Source: Lytechinus pictus (Eukaryota). Taken from it: 64,000 bases of DNA. Under the pieces are notes generated by a model. It saw nothing but the letters and a program-made list of their open reading frames with translations. It was not told where the DNA came from and did no database searches. Position 1 is the first letter of the stretch; every line of letters starts with the position of its first letter. This document shows positions 36,677 to 50,390 of the stretch, piece by piece. A program made the translations under genes and the position numbers. The DNA lies in contig NC_087245.1 in the NCBI RefSeq assembly GCF_037042905.1, positions 10,790,001-10,854,000 on the forward strand, read 5' to 3'.

Positions 36677-39600
36677 TTTAAATTAGCATTACCACATATT
36701 TTTCCCTAATACATTTAATCAGAATATGACCTCGTACCCCTACTAATCATGCATATACCATAGGTACATGATACTTGTTCTGTGATAGTAACCTCTGTGC
36801 CGTAATACTTCAAACAAGATTGGAAATTGGCAAGTCATCCAGCCTCCTTGTTGGGATTCCTCTTTTTTATTTGCAAATTGACTCTGACCATGGTCATGAG
36901 ACTGTAATGAAATTACGGGGGGAAAGGGTTTGCTTTCCTTCGAGTGGAATAGATCCATTCAAATGTCTTGGGGAGGCCTTAAAAGAATTTACGAATGTGA
37001 TGTGCCGCTACAAAAGATTTCAATTGTCACTCTTTTGGTTAGCAGTGCAGCTACGACTGTGCATAAGCATTCAGATGATCAGTACACCCGAAATGCAAAA
37101 GAACTAATTAGGTTCTTAATCACACTCCTCTCCGAGTAAGACAAGGATCGGTCATTTTGGAGTGGGATTCATATCTTTTGAGAGTGAATAATCGCTCCTT
37201 GAGTAAAACTGTAAAAAAAATATGCACAGTTCAATCCAGAAGGAGTTATAATGCACTCAAAAGATGCAAATCCCATTCCAAAATAGCCGGTCCCTTGTAT
37301 CACTCTGAGTGTGACTAGGGACCAGATTAGCTCGTTTGCATTCAGAAAGTAGTACCCATTTCTGGATATTATTTTATTATTTTTTTTATTATTTGGATAC
37401 AACGTTCACTACATATAGTATTTTCTAAACAATCTTTCCTTGTGACTTTTATCGTCAGTGCGCAATTAGTTAAACATATCATAGTACTGATGTTCTTTTT
37501 TAAAACCAAGCATCGCTTCATTTGAAGTTGTTGATACGTGTTTTTTCTACCTTTCTGTCAAGTGTTGTTTTGGCAGAGAATATTGCTAACCATTTATAAA
37601 GAATACCACGATGATTGATCTCACTACGACGAGTACGGATGTCTTCCTTTGTCCCCATCACTTCCTCGTAGTATTTGTATGCACCTTTCTGATTAAATCA
37701 TTTCGTCATTTCATTTAGAGCAGTCCTTGACTATTTTTTCCATAGGCAGCAGATTAATTAGTGATAGATTATACTTTTCAATAATTCAGTTTATCACATT
37801 CTAGATATAGAAAGGGAGTAGCCCTAAGGTTAAGGACATAGAAAGGCAATAAATGATGATCTCATTGTTTTATTGCTCTGGCCACTAATTTAGTGTCAAA
37901 GTCAATGCTATAGAGCATAGTGACGGCTTGAATTTAGCCGTGCATCTATTTATAGAAACATATTTAACTATGTCAATGTGGATTGTGACGTCTGGTGTCG
38001 AGGTTCTTTTTAAATTTTTTTTACAATGATTTATGATCTGGAATAGGTCTGAAAGTAGATGGACATTCAATCACATCAGAAAAAATGATAAGTGAAAACA
38101 ACGGAGGGTAATTTTCGAACCCTAAGAGCGGAACAAAAAAAAGAAGAACGAAGAAGAATGCAATCAACCAAATAAAAAAACAAACAGACCAAATTGATCC
38201 AAAAACATTCTCTGAATTGAATGTAAGTGAATATCAAGTCATTTTTGTTATATCTATGAACATAATATTCAGAAATGGCGGAAAATGATATGTGAGAAAC
38301 AAATAGAAAAATTCTTTTGGTGAAAGAAACTCCCGAGGACTATGCGTCATTGATATACAAGGACTAACAAAACACAATAAAGTCATTAATTCGGAAATAT
38401 GTGAACAACATAATTTGTTCTCTTCACCATTTGAGAAAAGGTTGTAAAGATGAATAGTTTCGTCATTGCATGGAATTATTACAATACATACATTCGATAT
38501 ACAATAGTTGCATTGGTTTTTTGGTTTGTTTGTCCTCCTATTCGTAATTTGACTGTAACTAAAATGATACTTCATGCATTCAAGCACCGAACTTTAATTT
38601 CCATGATCACGTTTAATCAGTCTGTTTACCCAAGTTAAAATTGTGTTGATCTTTCACATAATTATCTGACTGTGATGGAAAATAATAGGGTCATTACCAC
38701 AAAGTACTCTCCGTAATGGAAGAGGTCTTGAGTCCCGGGATGTATATGTGCTTTGCTAGCGCCATTATGCCACCCTGTTGAAGCACCTAGAGAGTAAAAT
38801 CATACCTATCACCTTATAAAAATGTTTCCTGAAGTCATTCTGTCAGAGTCCGGCCCGGGAGGCAAGAAAGTGGCGATTAATCAAGCAGTTTAATTTCCGA
38901 TATTAGTTTTTCGGGGAGGGTTAATTTTTATTCCAGCTCTCTCTTTCTGTTTCGTCTTCTATCTCCCCCCCCCTCTCCCTTGTCACTTTTTAATTCCCCT
39001 ATCCTTCTTCCATTCTCTCATACATACACACCCACACTAGCACACACACCCACACTCGCACACACATCCAACTCTATATTCACACATTTTCTTTTTCAAA
39101 TATATATTGTACTCTCCGTGTCATCTTTTAAAAGCGCTTTTCTATACCACCCGTGTTTTATATTTTTCTTAAATAGAATAATAAGTGAAACTTGAAAATG
39201 TCTGGGCTTTCTTCTTTTGATTTTATATAAGATTTTGATGAGGTCATCTTTACATATAATGCTTGTTAAATTTTGTTTATCATTCATTAAAATATCAACA
39301 TATTGCTGGAATCGAATTATCGTAGCACATAGGAATTAATCCTATTTTGTGTATATTTCTTTGTATTCAAATCAAGATACTGTTGGAGTGGTTTTGACTT
39401 TCAACTCCCGGTTTTCTCTGAACCCTTGTTGGTTTTGTACTTTATTTAACAAACTGTCCAACAGTCCAACGACTTTGAGCACGTTTTCTTTTGACGTGGT
39501 TTGATGTATAATTTTGATTGCTTTCGATAATATATGACCGGAAATTAATAATTATTGTATACCAATTCGAATCCGTCACTTTTGCTCATCTACTAGCTGA

Positions 39601-40194
39601 GATTTGTCTCCATCGGAAATGCGTTGTAAAAGACGACACCGTCAATGTAGGGATATATGCTGAGTTTATGGCTTATACTGGGGGGTAAATCCTATCCCAG
39701 CCCTGCACTCCTGCATACGCCTGCTGCTCCTGCTTGGAATAATTTCAATGCTCTTTAAGTATTTTTTTTTTGATAGCATTTATTCCATTCATCATAAAAC
39801 AAAAACAAAGCACATACAAAGTTTACATAAATTACACGGGAAAATTGCAGATAATACAATGATAAAATCTGAGAAACAGTTGAATAAAAAAAAGGAGTGT
39901 ACACAATTTATAAATGAATGAGGATGCGAATAGAAAGGGAAAGCCTTATTAGCGCTGCCACCTTTACAAAAATCTGGAAACTGAATATATATATGATATT
40001 GTAAAATACATGATGTAATGAATACTGAATACCAGATATAAACATTGAACATAAAAGGGGGAAATACAAATTATAACACAATGACAATATATATAAATAT
40101 GTATATATCAACAATTACTATGGTACAGATAACAAAATTAATAGTAGGTCTTTAATAAAAGCAAATATGTAAATTATCAATACTTCAAAGATGA

Positions 40195-40325
40195 GGATAA
40201 TGATGATGAGGTGTTGGTATTAATAATGATAATAATTATAACAATCTTAAGAATAATATAATAACAATGATTATGATGATACTTGTTATCATAAGGAAAT
40301 CAATAATGGAAATAATTGTAATAAT
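40195..40325. repeat. Degenerate (ATG/AAT)n low-complexity tract
   Basis: Seen directly. Similar tracts occur at ~45875-46030 and ~60850-60970. Confidence 0.75.
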
Positions 40326-43300
40326 TTCAATTCATAAACTGCTAACATTTATTACAAAACGACAAGGGATAAAGACTTTTGCAGTGAGATACTCTTATTG
40401 AATCCATTATGGGCTCCATCACGATGTCCGTTATCCACTTACCTATTCTCATCAGTGTCGAAATTTATCTCTCGTTCAGTGCAGTGATAATCTCTTTCTT
40501 ATCGGTATTCGATCATGAAATTCAGACCTATTCCCGTACCCAGAAATATGAATTTTGATGAGACGCTTAAGATTTTCGGGTCACGTGACTCTAGGGAACA
40601 TTTTTCTTCCTTTCATCCTCTTAACCCATATCTTAAGTCTTATAATCCTTTTATCAATTGCATCTGTCCCCCCTGCTGCGTACGATTAAGCGATTCTTGC
40701 TCCGGGCTGTGTTAAAAATTGCATGAAACCTTTTCAAGATACAGTTGTATTCTTGACTGTACTTACAAGAAGGGACATCCGTTCTTAAATAAGCAAAGAA
40801 AACGCGGCATTTACATCTTTTTCACTGCTTTAAGAACAATATGAACACCTGTTTGAAGATTGTGAAAGGTCAGTGCCTCCCTTTTTTAACCTTTGTAAAT
40901 ATTCTGGAAGCAAGATCTGCCTCCGATCGGTAGATAATTCTAAGCATGGAATGAATAGTTGCTTGTTTATTGTCTTTTACGTTCAGGCAATTATTATTTT
41001 CCTTTGTGGGAATGTCGAGCTGCATAGCATGCACACTGAACAATACACTTCGACACGTATTTAGGGAGAATAAAAGTGCTATCGGCTTTGATCCAAGGCT
41101 ACCTCACAGCGCCTTACCCTTCATAAAGCACCACTTAAAAGGTAACATTATCCAGCCCACAGAGGTATTCATGTCATAAATTGTGCCATGTCAAATGGAA
41201 AATTCCCCAATATGGCCAGCCGATAGTGTAAATTCTACGGAGTTCGTGATATTTGCAGCATGGATGGCTTATTTACGGTAATAGTTCGCTCGACCACTTC
41301 TGTAAACAGCCCGCATTGTAAAAGCCTTCATTATTATTCTTCGCGCAATTTTCAACATGAACAGAGAATTTAGATGACATAGCTCTGAATTTCATTGTCA
41401 ATAAACTGTTTGGATTCTCATATTTTTTTCTTCTAGTCGTCCTTCTCCCTCTCTTCTCCATCGCTCAAACGAGTTCCCCTATTTCTTTTGGTATCCTTTT
41501 CATTACGGAGTTTCCATCATCAACGGATCTTGTCTCTGATTACATGGAAACTGAAATAGTACTTATATTTCTACGTCATATTGTGAATACGATATCAAAA
41601 TCACTCACAAATATTACCTGCCTTTCAATACATCATTTCTTTTCAAATAGAAACCAAATATTTACCGAGTCTTGACTTACACAGACTCTTTCATCTTTAT
41701 TTTCTTTCGAAATGCGGGATCCTTCTGAAAATCACTATTAAAAGAAGCTATAGAAATATGATTCTGTTATAAATCAACACATGATTTTAGCTGGACTGTG
41801 CAACTAAAACATGAGAAAAAAAATTCAGCATACTTTACCTTAGCAAATTCTTCAATGTTTCACTTCCAATCAATACATTTAGTTTTAACGAACGCCAGTA
41901 TCTACCGAACTTTAAATAACATTAATCAGCTAAACTTTAGTATCTTTTATCATTGAATAATTTATTTAGAAATAAAATTAGATCACGTGTAACTAAAATG
42001 AATAGTTAAATCAAGAACTTTTTACGGGGATATTTAACTTTAAAAAATGAATTAAATATATATGTATGTATATATATAGGTAGGTAAGTATATAGTGATA
42101 TACTGCAATATATAATAGTGCTCGACTGTGTAGGAGCTGAGTATATATATATACATATACATATTTATTTTTTAGGGGGTAGGGGAAAGCAACCTCTATT
42201 TATCGGTGAATAATACAGTGTCATCATATCAGTTTGATCTGCCTCTCGGTAGGAAAGAATATTGGTGTAATATTATCCAAGAGCCTAAATGCTTCGAATT
42301 ACACCCCTGTTAAAATAACCTTACAACTCTGTAACTGCGGTCAAAATATAAACAGAAAAGTAAAGCGACGCATGCATGATGAGTAAGTCGCCGTATGAAT
42401 ATCGATTATTTTTTTTTATTTGAACAAGAAATAAACAAACAAAAAAGAATGAATAAAATAAAAAATAGAAAGGATAGAGGAAAATTGCAACTAGCCAAAT
42501 GAAATGCGGGGTCGAAGAACTAAGTGGGAGAAATGAAATCAATGAGTCCAATGATCCATTGGAATTTTTAGCGGAAGACCAACCATGAATTATGAATAAG
42601 TATTGACGTCTTGAAAATGAAGAGTCAATAATGTATTCTGTGCATTACACATCATAAATACGGAGTTCTTTTGTGTAAGATTTCGAAAACAAATTTTATG
42701 GTCGGAATCTATATGCAGCATTCCATATTTTGTAAAAGGTCTATCAAAATGGGATATTATGAAGCGAGCAATTATGATAACCCAAAACGTCAGTTTGTAG
42801 GCTGGTTCCGGAAGACATAGATATACCGAATTATTCCAGTGCATGCATTCAACTATTTCTCATGAAACATATTTAAACTAATTTTTTGCTAGGTCTATGA
42901 TGAATCCTTTTTTTACGATATTTTTATTGAATTTTTCAATATGAATATAAAATGAAAAGGGACCACATCACTATCTGATGTCATGATAGACAAAACTTTG
43001 CTTGGGCATAAAAATAATTACACACACTCGTTACCTTTGAAATAGACAAAAAGTCCTCGGCTAATGTCTTGGATGTGTCAGACTTGTTACAAAAGTACCT
43101 CGTAAATGCGAGTAATTCTTACTAATGACGTCCATGACGTGTATCATTTGTATACTAATACTTGCACCAAGACGACTCTTTAATCAACTTGTCTGAAACT
43201 CTGAATAAATTTGGGTTAAGAATGTGTTATGATGTATTTAAAATGACAGTGATACCTATTGGCAATAATTATATAGCCATATTAGCTATGAGTTGTTTAT

Positions 43301-43641
43301 TTTGTTTTCCACAATGATTGATAGTGTTTCTATATTTTCTCTCTATAGAAAAAAGAAAAAGAAAATGTCAAACATCGTCGACTTTATTCATCTTATATTG
43401 CTGGCAAATACATTTAAATTTTATTCTCTAAACAGGAGAAAACCCATCTCCGCCACTAAAATTCCGACATTATTTTAAGATTTGGAACCCCCGTGTTCTC
43501 TTTGTACAGAAGTGCCCGCGTTAGTGGTTCCCACAACCACGATGTGGCCAAAGAGTCGAACAGCAATTTTCAGCATTAATTCAACTCATTGTGTCTCAAA
43601 GAGGGTCATTCATTTTTTTTTCAAACCGTTGTTCTTGACAG

Positions 43642-43727
43642 ACACAGCAGAAATCGAAGAAAGTTGGAACAATTAGTACGGAGTAACAACTTGGAGCTTT
43701 CAGACATCTTAAAGGCACTTCAAAGAG
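43642..43727 (+). CDS. HCRT: Proposed coding exon 2 of the orexin-type precursor: (R)HSRNRRKLEQLVRSNNLELSDILKALQR
   Basis: Seen: pyrimidine tract and acceptor TTCTTGACAG| at 43641, donor AGAG|GTATGG at 43727/43728. The 86 nt are open in the frame that completes the phase-2 codon of exon 1 (AG+A=Arg), end in phase 1, and encode a natural-looking amphipathic helix after a basic cluster. The link to exon 1 is inferred from phase and sequence character, not from transcript data. Confidence 0.72.
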
Positions 43728-43782
43728 GTATGGATCTACTTTAAAGGATTACCCTGGTCATGGAATTCATATGAATGGATCC

Positions 43783-44260
43783 AAGGGCAATTTTACCCTG
43801 GCAATAAGTTGGTTTTGATAGAAGCAGAAAAATAGAGCAAAAAAGTGTCGAAAGTTTGATGAAAATTCCGTCAAAGAATAATGGAGTTATGTTTTTTTAG
43901 TGTTGACTTTGGGACGTCACAGACGAACAGCTCCATCGTATGCCATGTGATATAAGTTTTAAAAAAATGTTATTTAATCGAAAAATGTAAAGTGATTTTA
44001 TTTGTCCGGTAGATATATCACCTCATACCCCCTTCCATAATAAGAATTTTAATTCATCTTGTTTAATTTAAAAAAATAGTTGATCTTACATCATAATGGA
44101 GCAGCTGCGAACATATGACGTCATGATTTAAAAATGTTAATAATTCATATTACATAATTCTTTTATCATTTGATGGATTTTCTCCAAACCTTAACCTATA
44201 TTTTTCTATAATTTTATTCTTTTATTCAAACAAACTTACTTTCAGGGTGAACTTCCCCTT
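43783..44260. mobile_element. Palindromic non-autonomous DNA transposon (TTAA/Kolobok-like ends) just inside the proposed intron 2
   Basis: Seen: AAGGGCAATTTTACCCTG ... CAGGGTGAACTTCCCCTT(AA), with inner mirrored motifs GACGTCACAGACGAACAGCTCCAT vs ATGGAGCAGCTGCGAACATATGACGTC. Confidence 0.7.
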
Positions 44261-45264
44261 AAAAATTACATTCAACATTAAAAAACCCATAGAGTTCAAT
44301 GAATATCGGATAAAACAGTTACTATGGACTACATGACATCTTTCAATATCAGAGTGATCTAGCGAAAGTTTTTTTCTTCTCCGAAAAGACATCAAAAGAA
44401 TTAAATAAGTAAGATCATCATGTTTTACAAGAAAGGTTGTTTTAATACAAAATTAAATGATTTATAATTCAAATAAAGATTTCGATTTCGGTCAGACTTT
44501 TAATATTTTGACTTCTTAATTACATATTATTTTCATTGATATCAATTTCAGGCCAGAATACTTTTTTGTATTGTTATGGTTGTTCGAAAAACATGTAGCA
44601 TTAACCAATCATTTGTTTATGACTTTAAAATTGCCATTAGGGATACATAAGCAGCATCATTTCGGGTGCTGTCTCGCAATGAAAAAGATGTAACATGAAA
44701 TAGAGTTTTTAAAACTAAAATTTCAGCATGTACACTTTAGAAGTACCTATGTACCATAATAGAAAGTAAAGTCCCAATCCAGAACGGAAATATCAAAGTC
44801 AGTAAAAAAATAAAAAAGGGGAAACGTACTTTTATGTCGACGTTCCTTTTATACTTACGTCTTAAAAATGTTCTTACTTATTACATTGTTATTTTGTTGG
44901 ATAACTGTAAGTATCGAATGGTGTCTTTTCATGCATATGCTGTATGTCAAGTCAACGAAGTGCGCTTTCGATTTTAACTCTTCTACATCTTTAAACGAAT
45001 TGACACCTACAAGACATGAGATACTTGGTATCATAATGGTAGGATGAACACGAACTGAGATGGAATGACGGTTTAGAGTTACCCATCACATGCTATTTCA
45101 GACAATGTCAGATGAAACTACGAGAGAAAAAATAAAGAACCTTTGAAGATTTGGTATCAGACACAGAACACTAGAAATAATGCCTCAGCATTAGTCGTTC
45201 AAAACGGGAAGTACACATTATATTACAGGGGTCTGTCTATGAACATCGACTCTGAACATCTACC

Positions 45265-45860
45265 AATAGAGTCAGAAAAAAGTACACCTCTGAAATCGCC
45301 GATGTAATGATAAAAGGGATATTCGAAACACAATAATCTCATAAATTTCCTAAAAGAGTATATCATCTCCAGAACAATTCGATACCATATTTACATTTTT
45401 TGGAGTATACCATGTATACGTTTACGGTTGGATACGGTCGGTAATTCTTTGTTATGATGTAAAATTCGATTTTACCCAATGAAAGGAACTCATAAATCTA
45501 TACTTGCCAGAATTGCAGTAAATGTCGTCTCAAAAACCTTTTCAACTAGATTGAAATAGATGCTAAAAACGTTTTTATTAAACAATTATCAAGATAACTT
45601 AACAAGTACTATTTTTGCAATGAAGATTATCATATTTATTGCAACTCTTGTAGGATTATGACTTGATATATATCTGTATTCATGATTTACTTCCTGCAAT
45701 TCGAATTTTACATTTTACAACAGGTTAATATCTCCTAATTGTACGGTATTAAGTTATTCTGGAGAAAATACTTTTTTGGACATATATGAGACTTACGTGT
45801 TACGGACATTGTTTTGGGTTTTTTTTACGAAATTTGCGATTTTTTTTAGGTCTCGCTTGA
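45265..45860. mobile_element. Old inverted-repeat (foldback) DNA element
   Basis: Seen: TCTCATAAATTTCCTAAAAGAGTATATCATCTCCAGAACAATTCGATACC (~45337) is mirrored by GGTATTAAGTTATTCTGGAGAAAATACTTTTTTGGACATATATGAGA (~45746). Outer ends are uncertain. Confidence 0.5.
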
Positions 45861-47279
45861 GAACACTGATAATCTTAATGATGATATCAACAAAGATAAT
45901 GAGGATAATGACTATGATGATGAAGGTGAGAGGAAAAGTAAAAATGTGTTAAGTATCAGTGATGATAACGACAATGATGATGAATATAATTGTACGACTG
46001 ATAATGATGATGATGGTGATAATGATAGTATAGTACAATTCATTTAGAAATTATTTTAATAAGTTCTTAAATGAGACAACTGTGTCATTCAAGATTTGTG
46101 TTTACCACATTAATGAATAATTATCATTATCGTTTGAACGATGATGTTATTTTAGAAGAGTAACATACGATTGGTGCCTGGAGATTAGGTTCTCTAGATT
46201 TATAGTTCCCCTATCAAAGTCATAAATATTTCATTGGAATAGAAATTAGTTTAATGGCATTGGATTTATTATTATTTTATCAGAGAAATACTAGGTCAAT
46301 CATTTATATAATTTCCGATAGTAAAGTCTGCATATTCTCTATTCTCAATCAATAATATATATTAAATAGCAATTTTCCACCCAAGGCAATTTAATTAATA
46401 GTCCAATCTCCTGCTATAATAATAGGAATCATTTTACCAATGATTTAACAATTACTAGTATATTCTAGTTGCTTTGTTTAAATACTAATGATCATACAAA
46501 GAAAATGATATTGACAATTAATTTGTTAGAATACTTTGACCTAAAAATTTTGATCAGCTGGCCTTGAATTGAGTCATGCATGCTGACTAAATGTAAAATT
46601 GGTAATCGTGCAAATTTATAAACCAAGTCATGTTTTTCCGGCGGCTACGGTGCCAATAAATGCGACTGAAAATGATAATGATACTTCACAGCATTCATTT
46701 TGCATTCATCCCAGCATTCAAATATACGGCAAATTTGCTTTTCTTAATGGGACGATTATTGCGGCAGAAGGTTGCTCGCATCGCCCACTCTGAAAATTAT
46801 TACGGGAAATTTTTAGAAAAATACTCTTTTTAAAGGATAGGTGTAATTGTTTTATCTTCTAAAAGGTAATATTGGTGACACTGAATAACGGTGCCCTTCA
46901 GCAGTCACGTTTATAGCTTTGGAACTCTTTGAAAGTAATTTATTTATTTGGAAAAGATGATATTGACGCTCATGAGAAGTTATCATTTAGCCCCCTTAAA
47001 TTTCCACCAGGTATTATGATCAAATATTGTAAAAAAAAAATGATTTTTTTATGTATATACTGCGCCTTAAAGCTCTTCTTACAGTAACTGATATTCTATC
47101 TTTCATCTTTTTGAAAAGTATTTTTTTTAAGAAAAAGCAATCAAAAGAAAGTCTGTCTGAGATTGCGCACTACAAAAATGCTGATTTAAGATTACATGTA
47201 TGTAAACGTTTAGAAAGAATTTGCAATTATGTTTTGTGTTTACTATTCGTAATATAAGTGTTAATATTCAATGAACACC

Positions 47280-47441
47280 CAGGGAGTGTTTCATCAATAT
47301 GTTCATCCGACAAGTTGTCAGATCTGACATCTTTCCCTGGTGTTCATTGGCTGAGAGACACTGTTCCTACGGTAACTTTCGGATAAAATGGGACTTGTCT
47401 AATAAAACGTCCGACAACTTCTTTCATGAAACGACCCTCTG
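47280..47441. mobile_element. ~157-bp MITE, copy 2 of the family at 16461-16617
   Basis: Seen: GGGAGTGTTTCATCAATAT...TCCGACAAGTTGTCAGATCTGACA...TTTCATGAAACGACCC, colinear with copy 1 in the same orientation. Confidence 0.85.
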
Positions 47442-47929
47442 ATCATCACAATTAGAAATGATTACAACGCCATTGAAAGAAATCGAAGGTCAAGAAGTGT
47501 CCCTGTCTTTTAGATTAATGAACACTGTATTATTTTTAGTTATATATTATTAAACGTATATAATTTGAATTACATTGAGAAGGCTGCTTAGTTATTTTTA
47601 CGAAAAAATTTGTTCATGCATGATTTTCTGCCACTATTTAATATTGAGCAATGTTCAATAATTGATATTGATTATTTCTATCATTAATGACTGTACTTGA
47701 ATAGCCATGATGGCATATTGGATATATTGTGTGCAGATTTTAAATGCTATGTCATGCATATTCATGCAATACTTACCTTATTTTTGGTCACTTTACTGAT
47801 GTTAGCCAAACTCTAATCTAGAAACAAATGAGTCCTGAACCCTGTATAAAATATAGCTTTAGCTTCAATGTCATCCAGAATAAATTGATGTTTTAAACTT
47901 GTTCCTCATATTCTTGTTATTTTCTGCAG

Positions 47930-47967
47930 ATAATGGATTACCGTGGACCAGAGGCCAATTACCGTAA
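47930..47967 (+). CDS. HCRT: Proposed terminal coding exon 3 of the orexin-type precursor: DNGLPWTRGQLP-stop
   Basis: Seen: strong acceptor TTCTTGTTATTTTCTGCAG| at 47929. A phase-1 join with exon 2 (G+AT=Asp) reads to TAA at 47965-47967 and is followed by UTR-like sequence. The full precursor would be 93+28+12=133 aa. Confidence 0.7.
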
Positions 47968-50065
47968 TACCGGCTTATTCCCTCATTAGATTTTTGTTAT
48001 GTACCTTCTATACGTCCCCCACCCGTCCATTATAAGCTCTCCGAAGACGCCCCGATATTGTAAGAAACCCGTATCGTTTATGAAACCAGAATTTTCGTGG
48101 TGTGTATTGAAAGTATTGTACGGAGTAAAATACAAATTATCATTATTCATGATATTCAGGACCAGGCACGGCGTAACTGAATTCAGATAAAAGATATCTT
48201 AATTGACCAAAATGTCATCAGTTAATTTGGTCGTCATGCATTTTCCAGTCACATAAGAATGTGTTTGGAATTTAATATGAGAAGAAATTAAAAATGTTAA
48301 CTCGATAACACTCAACGTAGAAGCTGGTTTTTAACATGCCTGAATATCAAGTGAATAAAAATCATTTTCGTAATGCTTATGTTAATTAGTTTGCTTACGT
48401 CATTAACTAGGGAAGTCTTATTTTCGCAGAAAAGGAATAAAAGATTGTTATAACGGCAATACTATCTATCTATCAGGTGCTTGTGTAATTCAAATCTACC
48501 GATATCGTATGATATCACAACTTTCATGGGTTTATGGAAGAGAATGTTGCGTTGTATAAAAACAGACTGGGTTTGTCATCAGGAAAACCCCGATATAATC
48601 TTTAATGTTTGTTCGCGGGTTTCTGAAATTTGAATAGTGGTAAGATATAATATTGGGTTAAATGGAAAGGCCTTGTGGTTGAACTATAGCTGGAATAAAT
48701 ATTAGTGGGATAACGTTTGAAACGATTTCTGTATTGGAAATTGAGATGGAAAAAGTACCGAATGTTGATACATGTTGTTACGTAACAATAATTTTTTTTG
48801 CTTGCACGTTTCTTTTAAAAAGAATTTGATGTATATAAATATTATGCTTTCAGACCATCGTTTTGCTTTGAGGTTCGATGTAATGTAAGTTAATGCTTAT
48901 AGTCTCGTTCGGTAGTGCGTGTATCCCATCCTGATATATGCACTGTAGAATAGAAAATGTTCATTTCTTGTTATAAAAGCCTACGGAAGGTGAAGATACG
49001 AAATGTGTTAATAGAGATAGAATATATCATAAAATTCATTTCAATTTAATCAGATGCTTTATTTTGGGTACATAATGTATATGTGTAAGTCAGGAAAAAG
49101 TATTTCAAGGACATTTTATCGAATTGTTTGTGAGATAACGTGTACATATCATTGACATTCATGTCTTAGAATTTGATGAATAAATAGGACACCATTCCTC
49201 TCTGTCATGTGTATGTATAAACAATTAATTGCTAATTATTGCAGTATTTCTAGATGCATGAGAAAAAACCTTCAACGTTAATGCTGAAAACTTCGGATAG
49301 AAATGAAATGGTCCTGTTGCATTTAAAAGAAAATAGGTGGTATTCTGATATTTACTTCCCTTTTTTATGTTTATTTATTATAGGGTGATCATTTACCTAA
49401 ATTGAAATTCAAATAAATCGTTTCACGACAAGAACCACCTTCAATAGGTATTTATGTCAACTGTTTACGTATATGGAGTCTATTTAAAACTTAGAAATAA
49501 CAATCTGTGCTCAATTTTGTTTATCGTAATCTGGGTATATACGAAATAATTACGACATGAGCAGTTGTTATTGATATAGATTAGACCCAATTTCCAATTT
49601 TATTTCAACGAAGACGGCCTACATAATCTTTTCAAATAGCTGATGACGTAGGAGCCTTCTGCTTTTTCTCTTGTTCAATAATATATTTTAATACATGATG
49701 TACAGCATTGTCATAACAGTACTTGGAAGAAACCCACGTGGACTTTACAGATGTTCTTTTCTCTTGATAGGGCAATGAGACACGTACATGTATGTATAAC
49801 GTTGTGTTTCCCAGGCCATCTAACTATCATGATTGATTTGGCTCTGATTAGGATACGTTTGCATTAGGAAATTGGCCCCATTTTTTGTTCATTAACTGTG
49901 GCCTCTGTGTGTTTTGACCAGTCTTGACGTATACTGAGTCTATTTATGGTTCTATGGAGTGAATATCACAGCGCTTTCGTCTTGTTGATATTTGAAACGA
50001 TGTCTTGTAAAATAGGTTTCTTCTGCATTTTGAAAAATAAATCACAATATTCAACATGTATTTCT
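47968..50065 (+). other. Putative 3'UTR of the orexin-type gene with several AATAAA signals
   Basis: Seen: about 2 kb free of obvious repeats after the stop, with AATAAA at 48354, 48436, 49179 and 50036, the last followed by T-rich sequence. Which signal is used cannot be determined from sequence. Confidence 0.45.
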
Positions 50066-50128
50066 ATTGCATATCATTTATTTCTATAAACTGTTGAGAG
50101 TCAAACATGAAGTATATACCCTGTCAAC

Positions 50129-50390
50129 AAGGAGCGGATCCAGGATTTTCCAAGGGAGGGGGCACATTTTCCCAAGGAAAAATTTGACAAGCCCCCCCCC
50201 AAAAAAAGGGGGTTTTAAAATTAAGGATATTTCGTCCACGAAAGAAATTGACAAGCAAAAAAAAAGGGTCTTCACTTTCAAAGGGGGGGGGGGCACACTT
50301 CTGTTTTAAAGCAGTTTCTACATTACAAATTTGATTGTGCTTCTCAAGGGGGGGGGGGGCACGGGCAGGCTCCCCATGGATCCGCTAGTG
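50129..50390. mobile_element. hAT-type MITE with an 8-bp target-site duplication
   Basis: Seen: CTGTCAAC|AAGGAGCGGATCCAGG ... TGGATCCGCTAGTG|CTGCCAAC (TSD 7/8 identical). Known: an 8-bp TSD with short TIRs is typical of hAT. Confidence 0.85.

Noticed and set aside
40515..40715. Cys-rich ORF end (NCICPPCCVRLSDSCSGLC) as a tandem orexin paralogue
   Set aside because: There is no signal peptide, the cysteine spacing is wrong and there is no amidation site. A partial by-eye scan of other CC codon pairs found no second orexin, though it was not exhaustive.
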